Assembly (NCBI RefSeq): GCF_009914755.1
Contig: NC_060941.1
Reading direction: 5' to 3' (one strand)
DNA: 64,000 bases
DNA from: the human T2T-CHM13v2.0 reference genome, Homo sapiens
The translations under genes were made by a program, and so were the position numbers. This document shows, piece by piece, positions 1 through 18,691 of this stretch. The notes under the pieces are model-generated. The model saw only the letters and a program-made list of their open reading frames with translations, searched no databases and had not been told where the DNA came from. Position 1 is the first letter of the stretch, and each line of letters starts with the position of its first letter.

Positions 1-1
1 G

Positions 2-685
<684 letters not shown>

Positions 686-809
686 TCAGAGGGCCCTGTC
701 TATGGATAAAGCCAGACCTCCTTGAGGGAGGGGCTCACTGCTCTCTTATCCCCTTGCCAGCTGCTGTCATCCAGCTTCCAAGGACCCCACCTCCACAGCT
801 CACCTGATA

Positions 810-990
810 TTGTCAGCTCCTCTTAGCTCAATCTGCGCTTTTATGTCCTCTAAGCTGGGGGTGGGGTGAGGTAGAGGAAGGTCTGATCCTGGAGACTGAA
901 CTCTTTCTCCTCCCCCACTGGGGTTGGAAGGTACACACAGAGGGGCCCCTGAAATGGGGGGAAGGGGCAGGAAAGGAGGGGCCAGCATTG
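810..990 (-). promoter_or_regulatory. MPO: MPO proximal promoter, TSS about 817
   Basis: TATA-like CATAAAA at 845-839 about 25 nt upstream of the inferred TSS; G-rich boxes; ApaI site GGGCCC 943-948 at the position expected for the -129G/A variant. Confidence 0.75.
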
Positions 991-999
991 TCCCCAGCC

Positions 1000-1333
1000 T
1001 TTTTTTTTTTTTTTTTTGAGACGTTATCTTGCTCTGTTGCCCAGGCTGATGTGCAATGGTTCAAGCGATTCTTCTGCCTCAGCCTCCCGAGTAGCTGGGA
1101 TTACAGGTGCCCGCCACCACGCCCTAGCCTCTAGCCACATCATCAATTATTTCCTTAGGCAAGAAGTAATTTTTGTATTTTTCCTTAGGCAAGAAGCTAA
1201 TTTTTGTATTTTTAGTAGATACAGGGTTTCACCATGTTGGCCAGGCTGGTCTTGAACTCCTGACCTCAAGTGATCCACCCGCCTCAGCCTCCCAAAGTGC
1301 TGGGATTACAGGCATGAGCCACTGGCCCCAGCC
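1000..1333 (-). mobile_element. Rearranged Alu in the MPO promoter carrying nuclear-receptor half sites and the -463G (Sp1) allele
   Basis: Poly-T head, Alu body, TSD tgtccccagccttt (989 and 1334). Minus strand reads TGAGGCGGGTGGATCACTTGAGGTCA (1286-1261); G at 1280 is 463 nt from TSS 817; AciI site CCGC 1279-1282. Confidence 0.9.
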
Positions 1334-2054
1334 TGTCCCCAGCCTTTGAATTTAGCACTACCAGCCCAAGATTTCTCAGCTCACCATTGTGTGCCTATAC
1401 CAGTGCTTGTCCCCAGGGGATACACACAACTAACCCCTCTGAAATTCTGGTTACACTGGTTATCCAGGGTTCCTTTGAAAGGAACAAAAGTCAGGAACTG
1501 GTAGCCCAAGGAATTGCAGGGAATAGAGTGCCCCCAGGGAAGACAGGAGGATGAAAGGGAGACCTGGAGTAAAGATGACCCAATTGGCCTCAGGTGGCCA
1601 TCCCCCACTCCAACAGTAACCTGCATCCAACAGCCACCCAATGGGCAGCCTCTGGTTCTTGGTGGGGCTAAGGGGACAGGAAATCTGGCTGGAGACCGTT
1701 GGGCTTCACAGGAAGGAGGACCCTGGGGACTGTGGGCGCAGGACCAAGATAACTTCCTCTATCCCTCCTCACTCCCCTTTCTTCTTGGCTTCTGGTAGAG
1801 GGCTGTCTCCAAACTCCTCCTCCCCACCACCATCTGCTCCTGGATTTCAGGAACCAGGAGAGAGCAGAACTGGTTGTGGTTAGTGATCAGTTAGGTGATG
1901 CAGCCCAGGGCCTCTCTGGGACAGGATCAGTGCAGTTGGGAGGACTTGGGTTAATGATTCAGAATAATTCTGAAACAGAAGAGGATATTTCTTGCTTGAG
2001 AAAGCCCAGCAAAAGGGCCACCAATCTCAGCAGGAAAAGTACTACGACTTTTGA

Positions 2055-2458
<404 letters not shown>

Positions 2459-2959
2459 CACTCTTGTCTTCTATGCCCAGACCACCTCTTGGCCAAGGGA
2501 CAAGGGACAGCAACACCCAGAATATCTTCCCAGTGTGTCCAGGGATTCTGTCCCCTGCTGAGAAGGGGAACCAAGCTTTTGCCCTGCCAGTGACTTGCTG
2601 TGTGTGAAGTTGGTCGAGTGGCTCTTTGTGAATCAAGCTCTAGAATTTTAGAGGCTTTTGGAAATGATTTTTCAATCCTTTAAGTAATATAATTTTCACT
2701 GATGAAAAGTTTGAGAACACGAGTATGCAAAAATAAAAATAAATCAAAATTACTCATCATCAAGTGAGATTGTGGGTACTTTTTTCTTTCAAGGTTTATC
2801 ATTGTCTTCACATAAATAAACAATAGGAAGGAAAATAATTGCCCATAATCCCACCACTCACCAATACCTCATTTAAGAATTTGATATCCTATATGTAAAC
2901 ATAATATATATTTTTAAATATTGATAAGAAGAACTTTAAATATTGTTTTACCATCTACT

Positions 2960-3360
2960 TTCGGTACTTAACAATTTTAGTCTGAGCATCTCCCTGTGTC
3001 AATAAATACAGGTTTACTTCATTTTTATGTCTGTATAATATTTCATATAACTATTTTATATGATTTATTAACTAATTCTATCTCATTAGATACTTAGAGT
3101 TGTTTCTGATTTTCATTATTATAAGTAGTACTAGGATAAGCATCCATGGAGTTAAATCTCTCGCCACATCGTCAATTATTTCCTTAGGCAAGAAGTAAAA
3201 TTCCTGCGTATTTGGGTATGCGTGTTTTAGGGCTTTTTAATATTGATAGTCAAATGGCCTGCTGAAGATTTTACCTCATCCTCCCATCAGCCATGCATGA
3301 GAGCACCTGTCCCCTGTCACCCTTGTCAACCTTGAGTATGCTTGAGTGTCCTTTCGCTCT
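2960..3360 (-). mobile_element. Old L1M 3'-end fragment
   Basis: AT-rich, degenerate L1M-type motifs; boundaries approximate. Confidence 0.5.
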
Positions 3361-3569
3361 TTTAAGGGAATTGTCAAGGCTCAACAGGGGAGAGATATTT
3401 AATGCAAGCCCCTTATTGTAGAGCTGAGAAAGAAGGAGCCCAGGGAAGGAAACGACTTGACCAAGGTCAGCAGTGTGACACAGTTCAGAATAATCTCCAT
3501 GCCCAGTCTCCTGACTTCCAAACCAGTGCTCTTTACCCAGTAGCCTCTGGACACCTGTTCCTGACCTTT

Positions 3570-3651
3570 CATTCAATGATTTCTTCAACAAGTATTTACT
3601 GAGCCCTTGTCATTCAATGATTCCTTCAACAAGTATTTACTGAGCCCTTGT
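3570..3651. repeat. 41-bp tandem duplication in an L2-like 3' end
   Basis: cattcaatgat(t/c)... unit at 3570-3610 and 3611-3651, one mismatch; cattcaa/caagtatttactgagc is typical of an L2 tail. Confidence 0.85.
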
Positions 3652-4799
3652 CAGGTGCTGCGCTGGGCATTGAGCATTCTCCACTGAGCAAAGCATGAGC
3701 CTTATCCTCAAGGAGCTCACAGAGGGGAGCAGAAAGGCAAACAAATGGCACCCCCAGAACCAATGCAGGGACCTTAGGGAGCAGCGAAGAGCAGCACTTG
3801 GATCAACTGGGGGAGGTCAGTGAAGGCTTTCTTGAGGAATTGATTCTGGAGACTGTCTTGAAGAATGTCTCAAAGCTGACCAAGTAGACACAGAGGAAGA
3901 GCATTCTGGGCCCAGAGAATGACACTGTCGGCTTCACTCAGTTCCAACACAGGGAGAGGGTGGACAGGGTGAGGCTGGTGGGCCAAGCAGAGGCCCAGGA
4001 TGCAACATTCTCGCAGACCTACTGAGAAATTATTGTCCCGAAGCCCCAGGGAGTCATGAGGTCTGTGAAGCGGAAGTGCATGGTCCAAGTTACTTTGGAG
4101 AGCTCACCTGCTCTGGTTGCAGTGTGGACAGTGCGCTGGAAAGGCAGGCCCAGACACAGAGACCTGGCAGGCAGCATGTCAGCGATTCACCTGTTAAGAG
4201 GCTTGCTCTGCTTCCTCACAGGCAGCAATCAGGCCAGGAGTGTTTGAAAATACTTCTCCAAGAACGACGTTTAAACTCCCTGAGTGCTCCACCCACATAG
4301 AGGTGAGAGCACTCCCAAGATGTGGATTCCCCAAAGCCCCTGTCTTTGGCCCGGGGGTGGGTCTGGGGATGCACATGTGTGTGCCAGGGCTAGAGATGTT
4401 CTATGACTTGACATGTTTTCAACCAATTAATAATGACCCACCTGAGGTTATCCCAAGGTGGTCAGCCTCTCCTGTCTGCACCTCTGTCGTTCCCTCATCT
4501 AGGCCCTATTTGTCGGGCCAGGTGTGTTTGAGGCTCAAAGCTCTTCTCAGCATGCAGAGTAACCAGGGGAATGCAGCTCAAGGGAGTGGGAGGGATTTCA
4601 AATAAGCTTTGTCCCATGTGAGTTACCCGCCAGTCCCCTTCCTGGGGGTAGGCTCTGGAGGGCACTGCTGGGACTGCTACATCTCAAGACTATAGTCATT
4701 TGAGAGAGCTCCCCGCCTCCAACACACTCACACCCCACTGCCGTCTCTTCTGCCCACTTAGAGTTCCCAAATATCCCCACCCCCAGGGTGAAGCCCAGC

Positions 4800-4920
4800 T
4801 GCTGGTGGGATAACGGGCCCTCTCTGCTACTGCTTGCAAAACAGCATGTTGTTTCTTAATGCTGTTTAAGAAATAATTCAGTTGGGATTTCAGCCTGATT
4901 TCCTGTGTGTGGTTGGAGAG
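4800..4920. promoter_or_regulatory. Candidate MPO distal myeloid enhancer (about -4.1 kb)
   Basis: MYB TAACGG 4811 and CAGTTG 4879, C/EBP-like TTGCAAAA 4834, ETS ATTTCCTG 4898 next to RUNX TGTGGTT 4908; a RUNX1-containing enhancer about 4 kb upstream of human MPO is recalled from the literature. Confidence 0.65.
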
Positions 4921-5385
4921 AAAGAGGCACCCCCAGAAGGCTATGGAAGCTGGGGAGATGGCAGAGGCAGCGGCTGCTTAGACAAACCAGTTTTACTCAG
5001 CCCATAGATCTTGTTTTATCTCTCTTTACAACTGTTTTAATTAATTTTGAATTCTATAGGTAATACCTGGATATATTTGGAAAAAAATTTAAAATTACAG
5101 ACCAAGCTAAAGCTCCTTTTAGATTAGGTTATTGCATCATCCTCAGTTCCAGTCCCCTTCCTCCACTCTTCAGATGCAAACACTGTTGACATTTTTGTAT
5201 TTGACCTTCCAAATCTTTTAGTAATACTTTACATTCATTCATATTTATGGATCTGTGAGAAATATTCTGTTCCCTGGTTTTTCTCCATAAATGATATTCC
5301 ATTATACATATTGTTCTGCAATGTGTTTCTTTTACTCAGTGCATCTTTAGATCTATCATGTATCACTTAGAGCGTGATCTCACCT

Positions 5386-5530
5386 TTTTTTTTTTTTTTT
5401 TAAGTTTTTTGGTTTTTGGTATTTTTTAGAGACAGGGCCTCACTCTGCTGCCCAGGCTGGAGTGCAGTGGCACACTGCAGCCTGGAACTCTTGGACTCAA
5501 GCCATCCTCCTGACTCAGCCTCCTGAGTAG
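5386..5530 (-). mobile_element. Partial Alu / FLAM-like monomer
   Basis: Poly-T plus Alu right-arm sequence. Confidence 0.8.
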
Positions 5531-5545
5531 TATCACACTTTTTTA

Positions 5546-6072
<527 letters not shown>

Positions 6073-6085
6073 TTACAATTTTTAA

Positions 6086-6997
<912 letters not shown>

Positions 6998-7049
6998 ATC
7001 TTAACAGATACGTATTGCTAAACTAGCCTCCAAACTTTGTAAAAATCTC

Positions 7050-7960
7050 ATGAGCAAAGAATGGAATCATATTATTGGTTCAACTTTTATGTATTTGGTT
7101 AATAGTGAGGTTGAGCATATTTTTATTTGAATTATATCTTCTGCAACTTTCCTGTGTTTTGTTTTGTTAATTTTTCTATGGTGTTGTCACTCTTTTTATT
7201 GATTTGTAACAAGTATTCTATATTCTGGGTAAGCACTAAAGTCCTTCAGTTGTTATGTAGGTTCCAAATTTCTTTTTAGTACATCGCTTTTCATTTATGT
7301 TTTTTATAGTGTCTTAATTTCAAGGTGGTCAAATTTATCAATTTTTTTATATGGATTTTGCTTTTTGTTTTATGTATTTATTTTGGATTTCGCTCTTTCA
7401 GCTTTTTTTTTTAAGGGGCTCTTCCTTTCTTCAAGATTATAAACATATTTTCCTGTATATCCTTATAATACTTTAACACTTTGTTTTTACACTTAGGTCT
7501 CAAATCCATCTGGAATTTTGTTTGTGTGAATGGTATGAGGTGGGGAGCCATCTTTTTCTTTTTTTTTTTCCCAAACAGATAATCAGTTGTCCCAATGCCT
7601 TTAACTGAATAATCTGTCATGTCTCCACTGAATTCAGATACTAGTTTTGTCACTTACCATAAATGTGTGTGTATTTCTGATTGTTCTACGCTACCTTCCT
7701 AGTAGTCTATCTATTCCTATGTCAATACCTAATCATTACAGTCACTATAACTTTCTAATATGTTTTCATTACTGGCGAGATAAATTATCCTTCCTCATTC
7801 TTTTTAAAAATAGTCTTCAGCATTTTAGCATATTTACTCTTGCTTAAGAATTTCCGAACGTTTGTCTAGTTCCATAAAAAATCCTGTTGAGATTTTTAAT
7901 GATATTGCATTCAATTTATACATAAATTTGGTAACGATTGATATCTGTATGATATTGTCT
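7050..7960 (-). mobile_element. Old L1M fragment (ORF2/3' region, antisense)
   Basis: T-rich with L1 motifs such as gttgagcatattttt and ttaggtct...atccatctggaatt. Confidence 0.65.
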
Positions 7961-8221
7961 TCCTATCCCAGTACATTCATTCATTCACTCAACATATATG
8001 TACTGAGCACCTACCATGCGCCAGCACTGTTCTGGGTCCTGGGGATACAGCAGTTAACCAATTACTTGCTCTCATGGAGTTTACATTCTTGAGTAATTCA
8101 ATGTATCATTCCATTTGTTTTCTTTTGTATCTTTCCTTTAAATGTTATTGTTTTACCCATATAGGGCTTGCTTGTTTCTTGTTAGGTTTGTTCCTAAGCA
8201 CTTCCTTTTTGAAAAATGTAA

Positions 8222-8802
<581 letters not shown>

Positions 8803-8904
8803 AGGTAAGTATTCTTAAAGAAAACGAAATGTAATGGGATTCTATTCTTTCAGTTTTCTATAGAAGGTAGATTCATTTATCTGAAAAGCACTATACCTTT
8901 CTAA

Positions 8905-9249
<345 letters not shown>

Positions 9250-9280
9250 AAGATATAATTTTTTTAAAGAGTGAATTTTC

Positions 9281-9609
<329 letters not shown>

Positions 9610-10575
9610 TCAAATATGTTTAGGTCAGTACTGTAAAAGTTAAGACAAGTTAAATTCTGTGATTTTACAAATGCTTAATGGTTTTGCAGTTACTCCACCC
9701 TTTATACTTGTGGTTATTTGGGGAGGGGGTAAGCTTCCACGAGTCAAAGTTCTACAAAAGACACTAAAAATAAGAAACATTAAACTCAAAGAACAAGAAT
9801 TAAACAGCATCTTCACCAATAAGATTAGTTAAAATAGAAAAGACTGATAAACCCAGTGCCAGTCAGGATGTGAAAAAAAATAAGCGTAGCTTGGCCCCAT
9901 GCCATGGGATGGCAATCTGACAATGTCAGTCAAACTCCAAAGTGCTCTGACTCAGCAATTCTACCTTCAGGTAGGAATTTATCTTTCAGACACATTCTTA
10001 GGAAAGCATAAAGATACCTACACAAGTGTGTTCATTTCCGCCTCATTTGCAACAACCAAAAGACTGGAAGCAAGCCAAATGTCCATCAGAAAAGTTTTGC
10101 CAGGTTGTGGTATACCCTGGTAAATGTGTTTTATGCAGCCTTTAAAACAGAGGGAGATCTATTTGTAGCAAAATGGCAAGATTCAACCTGAGAAAACTGA
10201 TTGGGAAAAAAAAAACAAAGAAAAAGAACAAAATGGCAAGAAATGTTACCAAAAGAAAATAACTAGTTACAAAACATTATATATAGCATGTTGCAATTCA
10301 TACAAAACACACAGACATACATACACGCATAGGCACCACACACATGCACACAGAAGTGTTTACATACACATAAAGATTCTGAGAGCAGGCACAAAAGCCT
10401 ATTTACAGTGGTTACATCTGGGGAATGAGCTGAAGGGGCTGAGGAACAAGACCCTTTTGCTTCATCCTCAGTGCTCTTCTCAAAGTTTTACAAGGAAAAT
10501 ATAATAATTTTATCATGAAAGAACTAAAAATCTCTCCCTCACCACAATTATGCAAAGTAGCAAACTTTGGTTTTA

Positions 10576-11283
<708 letters not shown>

Positions 11284-11284
11284 T

Positions 11285-11950
11285 TCTTTGCAAACTAAGA
11301 AGAAAAGGAACTTCCTCAAGTCTGACAAAGGATATTTACAAACAAAGATATCACTAGCGTGATACTTAATGGTGAAAGACTGAATGCATTCTCCCTAAGA
11401 CTGGGAATGAGGCAAGGATGTCTGCTTCTGCCGTTTCTATTCAGCATTGTATTGGAGAGTCTGTGCTGTACAATGAGACAAGAAAAGGAAATTAAAGGGA
11501 TCAGAATTTGAATTGTCTTTACTTATATACAATATGATCACATATATACACACACACACACAGATACACACACATATATATATATGATTCTAAGGAATCT
11601 ACGTAAAATCTAGTAGAATCGGTAAGTGAGTTTAGGAAGGTTGCAATATAGAGGGCCAAAATACAAAAATTAGCTGTGTTTCTATATACTAGCAACAAAC
11701 AATCAGAAATTGAAATAAAAATAACAATACCACTTTCAATTAAGCATCGAAAATATGAAACACTTACGGATAAATCTGACAAAAGATATACAAGATTGAT
11801 ACTGAAAACAACAAAACATTGCTAAGAGAAATTAAAGGAGACCTAAATAAATGGAAGGATATAGTTTTTGATAGGTAAACAGACTCTATACTGTGAAAAT
11901 GTCAATTCTTCCCAAATTGATCTATAATTCAATGCAATCACAATCAAGAT
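11285..11950 (+). mobile_element. L1M ORF2 fragment
   Basis: L1 ORF2 motifs (aatggtgaaagactgaatgc, aaggatgtctgc, ctaaataaatgga, ttcaatgcaatc). Confidence 0.8.
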
Positions 11951-13708
11951 ATTAATAAGAAGCTCCAGTTCTAGGTAAGATGGAATAAACACATTCCACA
12001 CTGTCTGTCTCTCTCACAATGAATGCAGCTATAAATTTTGTACAGAATGCATGGAGCAACTATATGAAGACTCTGAAAGTAAATCAATGCAGGCAGACTG
12101 AAGAAGAATAATATATTTGAATATACCACCCAAGTAGCAGTGAGTTTACTGTATTTTTTCCTCTGGTATCCCCCAACCTGAACTCAATGCAGCCCAAAAC
12201 CCAATATGGGCATCTATGGGGCAGAGGGGGCTCCAGGAGAAAACTCTCTGGATCCGACTTAAGGTGCAGGAAAGAGATCTCCTAATGTTCAGAGAGTACA
12301 GAGACCTCCCACTTTTCTCTTTTCCTTTTCTCCATTATCTTGCACCCCAGTTCCAAGCAATCCTTGGAAATAGTGGCAGCAGCAGGAGAAGGGGCCAGAA
12401 AGACCCCAGAACTCTGAGGGAGGGCAAACTTCCTCTCCAGTCAGAGGAGCTGTGCTCCCAGGAAGGTGGAATGAATCCTTGATACTCTTTCTTCTCTCTC
12501 TCTGTCTTCCCATTGCCCTGCCCCGGTGCAGGCATGGTCACAGGAAGTACATCACAGAACAAGGTAAATAAGCTTTTTGGCCAAAGGATCAAGAATCTCA
12601 AGGAATCATAATGCATCAGGGAGATGACAGAAAAGGAGGAGCTCAGGAAAGCAACCCTTTAAAGAACCTGTGGGACAATACCAAAAGGTCTAACATTTGC
12701 ATCATCCAAGTCCCAGTAGGAGAGGGAGAAAAATGTGGTATAGAAAAATATTTGAAGAAAACTTCAAATTTGGCAAACTCCCCAAATTTGGCAAAGACAT
12801 AGACCTATAGAATCAAGAAGCTCAGCAAACCCCAAATAGAATAAACATAAATAAACATAAAAGAACCCATATTGAACACGCAGTCAAACTGCTGAAAACA
12901 AAGGACAAAGACAAGAATCTTGCAAGAAACCAAAGAAAGATACATTACTACAGAGAATCAACAATTTGCAGGACTGTGGCTTTCTTATCAGAGATTATGA
13001 GACAGCAGGAAGGGAAACAATATTTTTAAAGTGTTTAAATAAAGAACTTTCAACCCATAATTCTCTATCCAATGAAAATATCCTTCAAGAATGAAGGTGA
13101 AATAAAGACATTCTCAGTTAAAGAAAAACTAAGATAATTCACTGTCACCATTTCTCTGAAATGACACCAGAAAGAAACTTGGGACATCAGAAATAAAGAA
13201 AGAGCAACAAAAATGTTGAATATCTGGGTTAAATATAATAGACTATTTCTCTCCTTTGAGTTTCTTAAAACCTATTTTCTGGTTGAAAGCAAAAGTTATA
13301 ATGCTGCCTAATGAAATTTTTCATGTATGTAGAGACACAAGGCAACTGGGGAGAAAGATTAAGGAAAATATATCGTGGTAAAATCTCTAAATCCCACTTA
13401 AAGTGCTAAAATATTGATTTAAGTAATGAAAAGTCAAATGTATATGCTATCATACCTAAAGCAACCACTAAAAAAGTTATATATATAAGTATATATACAC
13501 ATAATGTGTGTAAATGTATATATAAATGCAATAACATTTAAAAGAATACCAAAAATTGTTCAAACAACCCAGAAGAAAGCAAGAAAGAGAAAACAGAGGG
13601 AATAAGCAGAAAACAAATAATATAATTGTAAACCAAAATATAAATAATCACACTGAATCTAAGTGAACGGTCTTAACACATCAGTTAAAACACAGATTGC
13701 CAGAATGA

Positions 13709-14004
<296 letters not shown>

Positions 14005-14404
14005 AGAATTTTTTAAATGACTCAACTGTATATTGTCTAAAAGAAGCCCACTTCAAATATAATGATATAAGTAGGTTAAAGGCAAAAGGATAGAAAAAGA
14101 TATACCATGCTAACATAAATCAAAAGAGAGCTAGAGTGGCTATGTTAGTATCAAACAAAAATACTTCAAAGTAAAGAAAATAACTAATGATAAAGCAGGA
14201 AAGAGTTAATTCTCTAAGAAGACATAACAATTCTAGATTTATAAGTGTTTAACAACAGGGCTTTGAAAAACAAAGCAAAACTGATAAAATTAAAAGGAAA
14301 AATGAATAAATTCACAATTGTAGTTGGAGGCTTTTACACTCCTCTCTCAGTAATTAGTAGAACCAAGGGTGATTCCATTTGCTTTCCTCTGATGCTGCAA
14401 ACAT

Positions 14405-14638
<234 letters not shown>

Positions 14639-15937
14639 TGAAAGAGGAAGCAACACCAATCGGATGAATTATAAGAAGAATCAGAATCTCGGTCATGCAA
14701 AGACAGACCCAGTTTCCCCAGTGATTCCTGTCAGCTACAACATTTTGAAGTATATTAACATTAAGCCCTGAATATGCTTCTTATTTTAAATACTGTGGCA
14801 TAGTGCAATTCATTAGCCTTTTTGAAAGGCATAGAAAGGATTTGAAGTCAAGCATGTCTTAAAGAAGCAAAGAGACTGATAGTCAATACCAATCACCCAG
14901 ACCCAGAAGTGGGGCAACAAGCACGGAGCACAGGCTTAGTATCAACCTGATTGTGTCTAATGCATTCTGCTGACACCTCTGCAACTGAGCGTTAGCATCC
15001 ATACTGTTCCAATTCTCCATACGGCATCTTCTACAGAAACAGATCTCTAAGAGAAGAAATGAAAAAGTTTCATCCAATCTTCAAAAATAGTTAATGTCAA
15101 GTAAGGACATTACTGTTACATTATAATATCGCATCCCAAAGTCAGCCTAGTGAAACGAATGCTTAATTTCTTCTCCTCCTTCTTATTTGTAGTGTCAACA
15201 GATCAAAAGGCAAATGTACTCTAAATCTAAATATTTAAAATTATTCACCTCTTTTTACTGCTTATTATCCCTCATAAATAATAACTCACTAACTAGGACG
15301 TGGAACTTTCACTCAGAAAGAAAAGCTTAGTTATAGCAATAAAAATATTCTTATAATACAAACTAAAATAAAAAAACCTAATATTCCTTTGTCTGCTCTA
15401 TTGGTAAGCAATAGAATCAAATTAAAATTAGAATCAAATATTTTAGGAATGTCAGTGACCTTAGAGATGGTTTAGCTAAACAATCTCACTTCAAGACTGG
15501 AAAGATGAGGTTCGAGCATTGTAAGAAACTTGTCAAGGTAACACAGAATACTACCGGCAAAAAGTGGCTGCAGAACTCTGGCTGCCTATTCACCAGTTTT
15601 GTGTCCCTTTGTTTATTAAATGCTGTCTTTTCACAGTGTTATGAAGGTAAAAGGCTAGCACACCAGCCTCTCTGGCTTGTAAGTAAGTAATGAATGGGGG
15701 ATATAAAGTAGTCTAACCCATTGTGCATTGAAAGTAGATAGAAACCTCTTGTGAACACCTGGGCAGTAGAATAACTGAAATAAACAATTTTTCTAGTTGC
15801 TACAGCAGAAGCAAGAAAGAATGAAATTGACTTTATTTATCTACTTAAAGAGTGAAGACAGAAACTGCAATAAGAATTCTGGCATCACTGTTCAACCAAG
15901 AGCTAACTTTTATATTGTTTTAGAAAATGTAGTCATT

Positions 15938-16268
<331 letters not shown>

Positions 16269-16679
16269 TCATATGACATTCCTGACATTGTGATTAATAA
16301 ATAAAAGTTGTGCTGCCAGAAAAGAAAAAAGAACTAATGGAGAGAAAATCAGCAAAGATATAGAACTGAATAACACCATCAACCAAATGGAAACAATTTG
16401 TATGTATACAAAATGCTACCTAATAATAGCGGAATAAACATTATTTCCAAGCGCACATGGAACACTCATAAAAATAGGCCACATTCTGGGCCATAAAGCA
16501 AGCCTCAACAAATTTAAGAGAATTAAAATCATACAAAGTGCGTTCTTTAAGCATAATGGGATCAAACTAGAAAACGATAAGAGAAAGATAACAGGAAAAC
16601 ATCCAAACACTTGGAAACTAAGAAAACACACTTCTAAACCCATGAGTCAAGAAATGTTTTTTTAAAAAATGAGAACTGA

Positions 16680-16985
16680 GGCCGGGCTGGTGGCTCACAC
16701 CTGTAATCCCAGCACTTTGGGAGGCCGAGGTGGGCAGATCACCTGAGGTCAGGAGTTCAAAACCAGCCTGGCCAACGTGGTAAAACCCTGTCTCTACTAA
16801 AAATACAAAAATTGGCCAGGTGTGGTGGTGCATGCTTGTAATCCCAGCCACTTGGGAGGCTGAGGCAGGAGAATCACTTGAACTCAGGAAGCGGAGGTTG
16901 CGGTGAGCAGAGATTGCATCACTGCACTGCAGCCTGGGTGACAGAGTGAGAATCTGTCTCAAAAAATAAATAAATAAATAAATAG
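16680..16985 (+). mobile_element. Alu with (TAAA)n tail
   Basis: Alu consensus. Confidence 0.92.
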
Positions 16986-17601
16986 AACAGAATGAGAATT
17001 GAAACACAGTATATCAAAATTTGTGGAATGCAGCTAAAACAATGCATAGAGGGAAATTTATAGCATTAAATGCTTATATTAGAAAAGAAAGAAATGTCTC
17101 AAATCAATGATCTAAGCTTATGCTTTGTTAAACAAGAAAAAGAAGACTACAGTAAACAAAGCAAGCAGAAGGATAAAATAATAAAGGCTAGAAATTAATT
17201 AAATAATAAAATAAACGTCAGAAATTAATGAAATTTAACACAGAAAAATAATAGAGAAAAAAATGAATCCAAGAAGGTGATTCTTTGAAAGATCAATTTT
17301 ATTGATAAACCTCTAGTTAAACTGACCAAGAAAAAAAGAAGACAACTTACAAACATCAGTAATAAAAGAGGGAACATTACCACAGACCCCACATACATTA
17401 TGAATATAAATGTGACAACTAGGATAAAAAATTCCTTGAAACAAATTACAAAAGCTCACTCAAGAAGAAATAGTTATATTTAAGTCCTGTATCTGTTAGT
17501 GACATTAAATTCATGGTTTAAAAGCCTCACACAAAGAAAACTCTAGCCCTAGATGCTTTCACTGGCAAATTTTATCAAACATTTAAGGAAGATATAATGT
17601 G

Positions 17602-17919
<318 letters not shown>

Positions 17920-18691
17920 CTAGTTCTACACAATCTCTTCCATGATATAGAATGTCATAGAAACTTTCCACCTCATTTTATGAGGCTAACTGTATTCTGA
18001 TATTAAAACCTGACATGGACATTACAATAAAAGAATACTACAGAACAAGATAACTCATGAAAACACATGCAAAATTCCTCAACAAAAGAGTAGCAAATTG
18101 AATTCAGCAATATAAAAAAATCATAACAAATGGGGTTTATCCTGGGAGTACAAATCTATTTCAACTTTTGAAAAATCAATTTAATTCAGCTTATCAACAG
18201 CGTAAAGAAAAAAAAGACATTTGATCATCTTAATAGATGCAGAACAAACATTTGACAAAATTTAACATCCAGTTTTGATAAAACCTCTCTGCAATCTAGG
18301 AAAAAACAAAAGGAACTTTCTCTGCCTGACAAAGGGCATCTATAAAAACAAAACAGAAAAACTCAATGAAAATCATTCTTAATGGTGAACAATTGAATGC
18401 CTTCCCCCTAAGATTAGGAACAAAGCAAGGATATCTGTTTTCACCACTTCTAGTCAACATTGTACAGGAGGTCCTGGCCAGTGCAATAGGCAAGGAAAAA
18501 AATTAATGTCATACAAATTGTAAAGGAAGAAATAAAACTGTCTCCATTCCCAGATAACAAATTGCTTTAAAAATTCCAAAGAATAACCGAGAAAAAAGCT
18601 ACTAGAACTAATAAGTGAGTTTAGCAAGGTTGCAGGATACAAAATCAGTATACAAAACTCAATCGTATTTCTTCATCCTAGATTTTTTCTT

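Noticed and set aside
14883-15077. 64-aa ORF inside the candidate retrocopy
   Set aside because: Antisense to the insert's polyA polarity, non-ATG start, no recognisable family.
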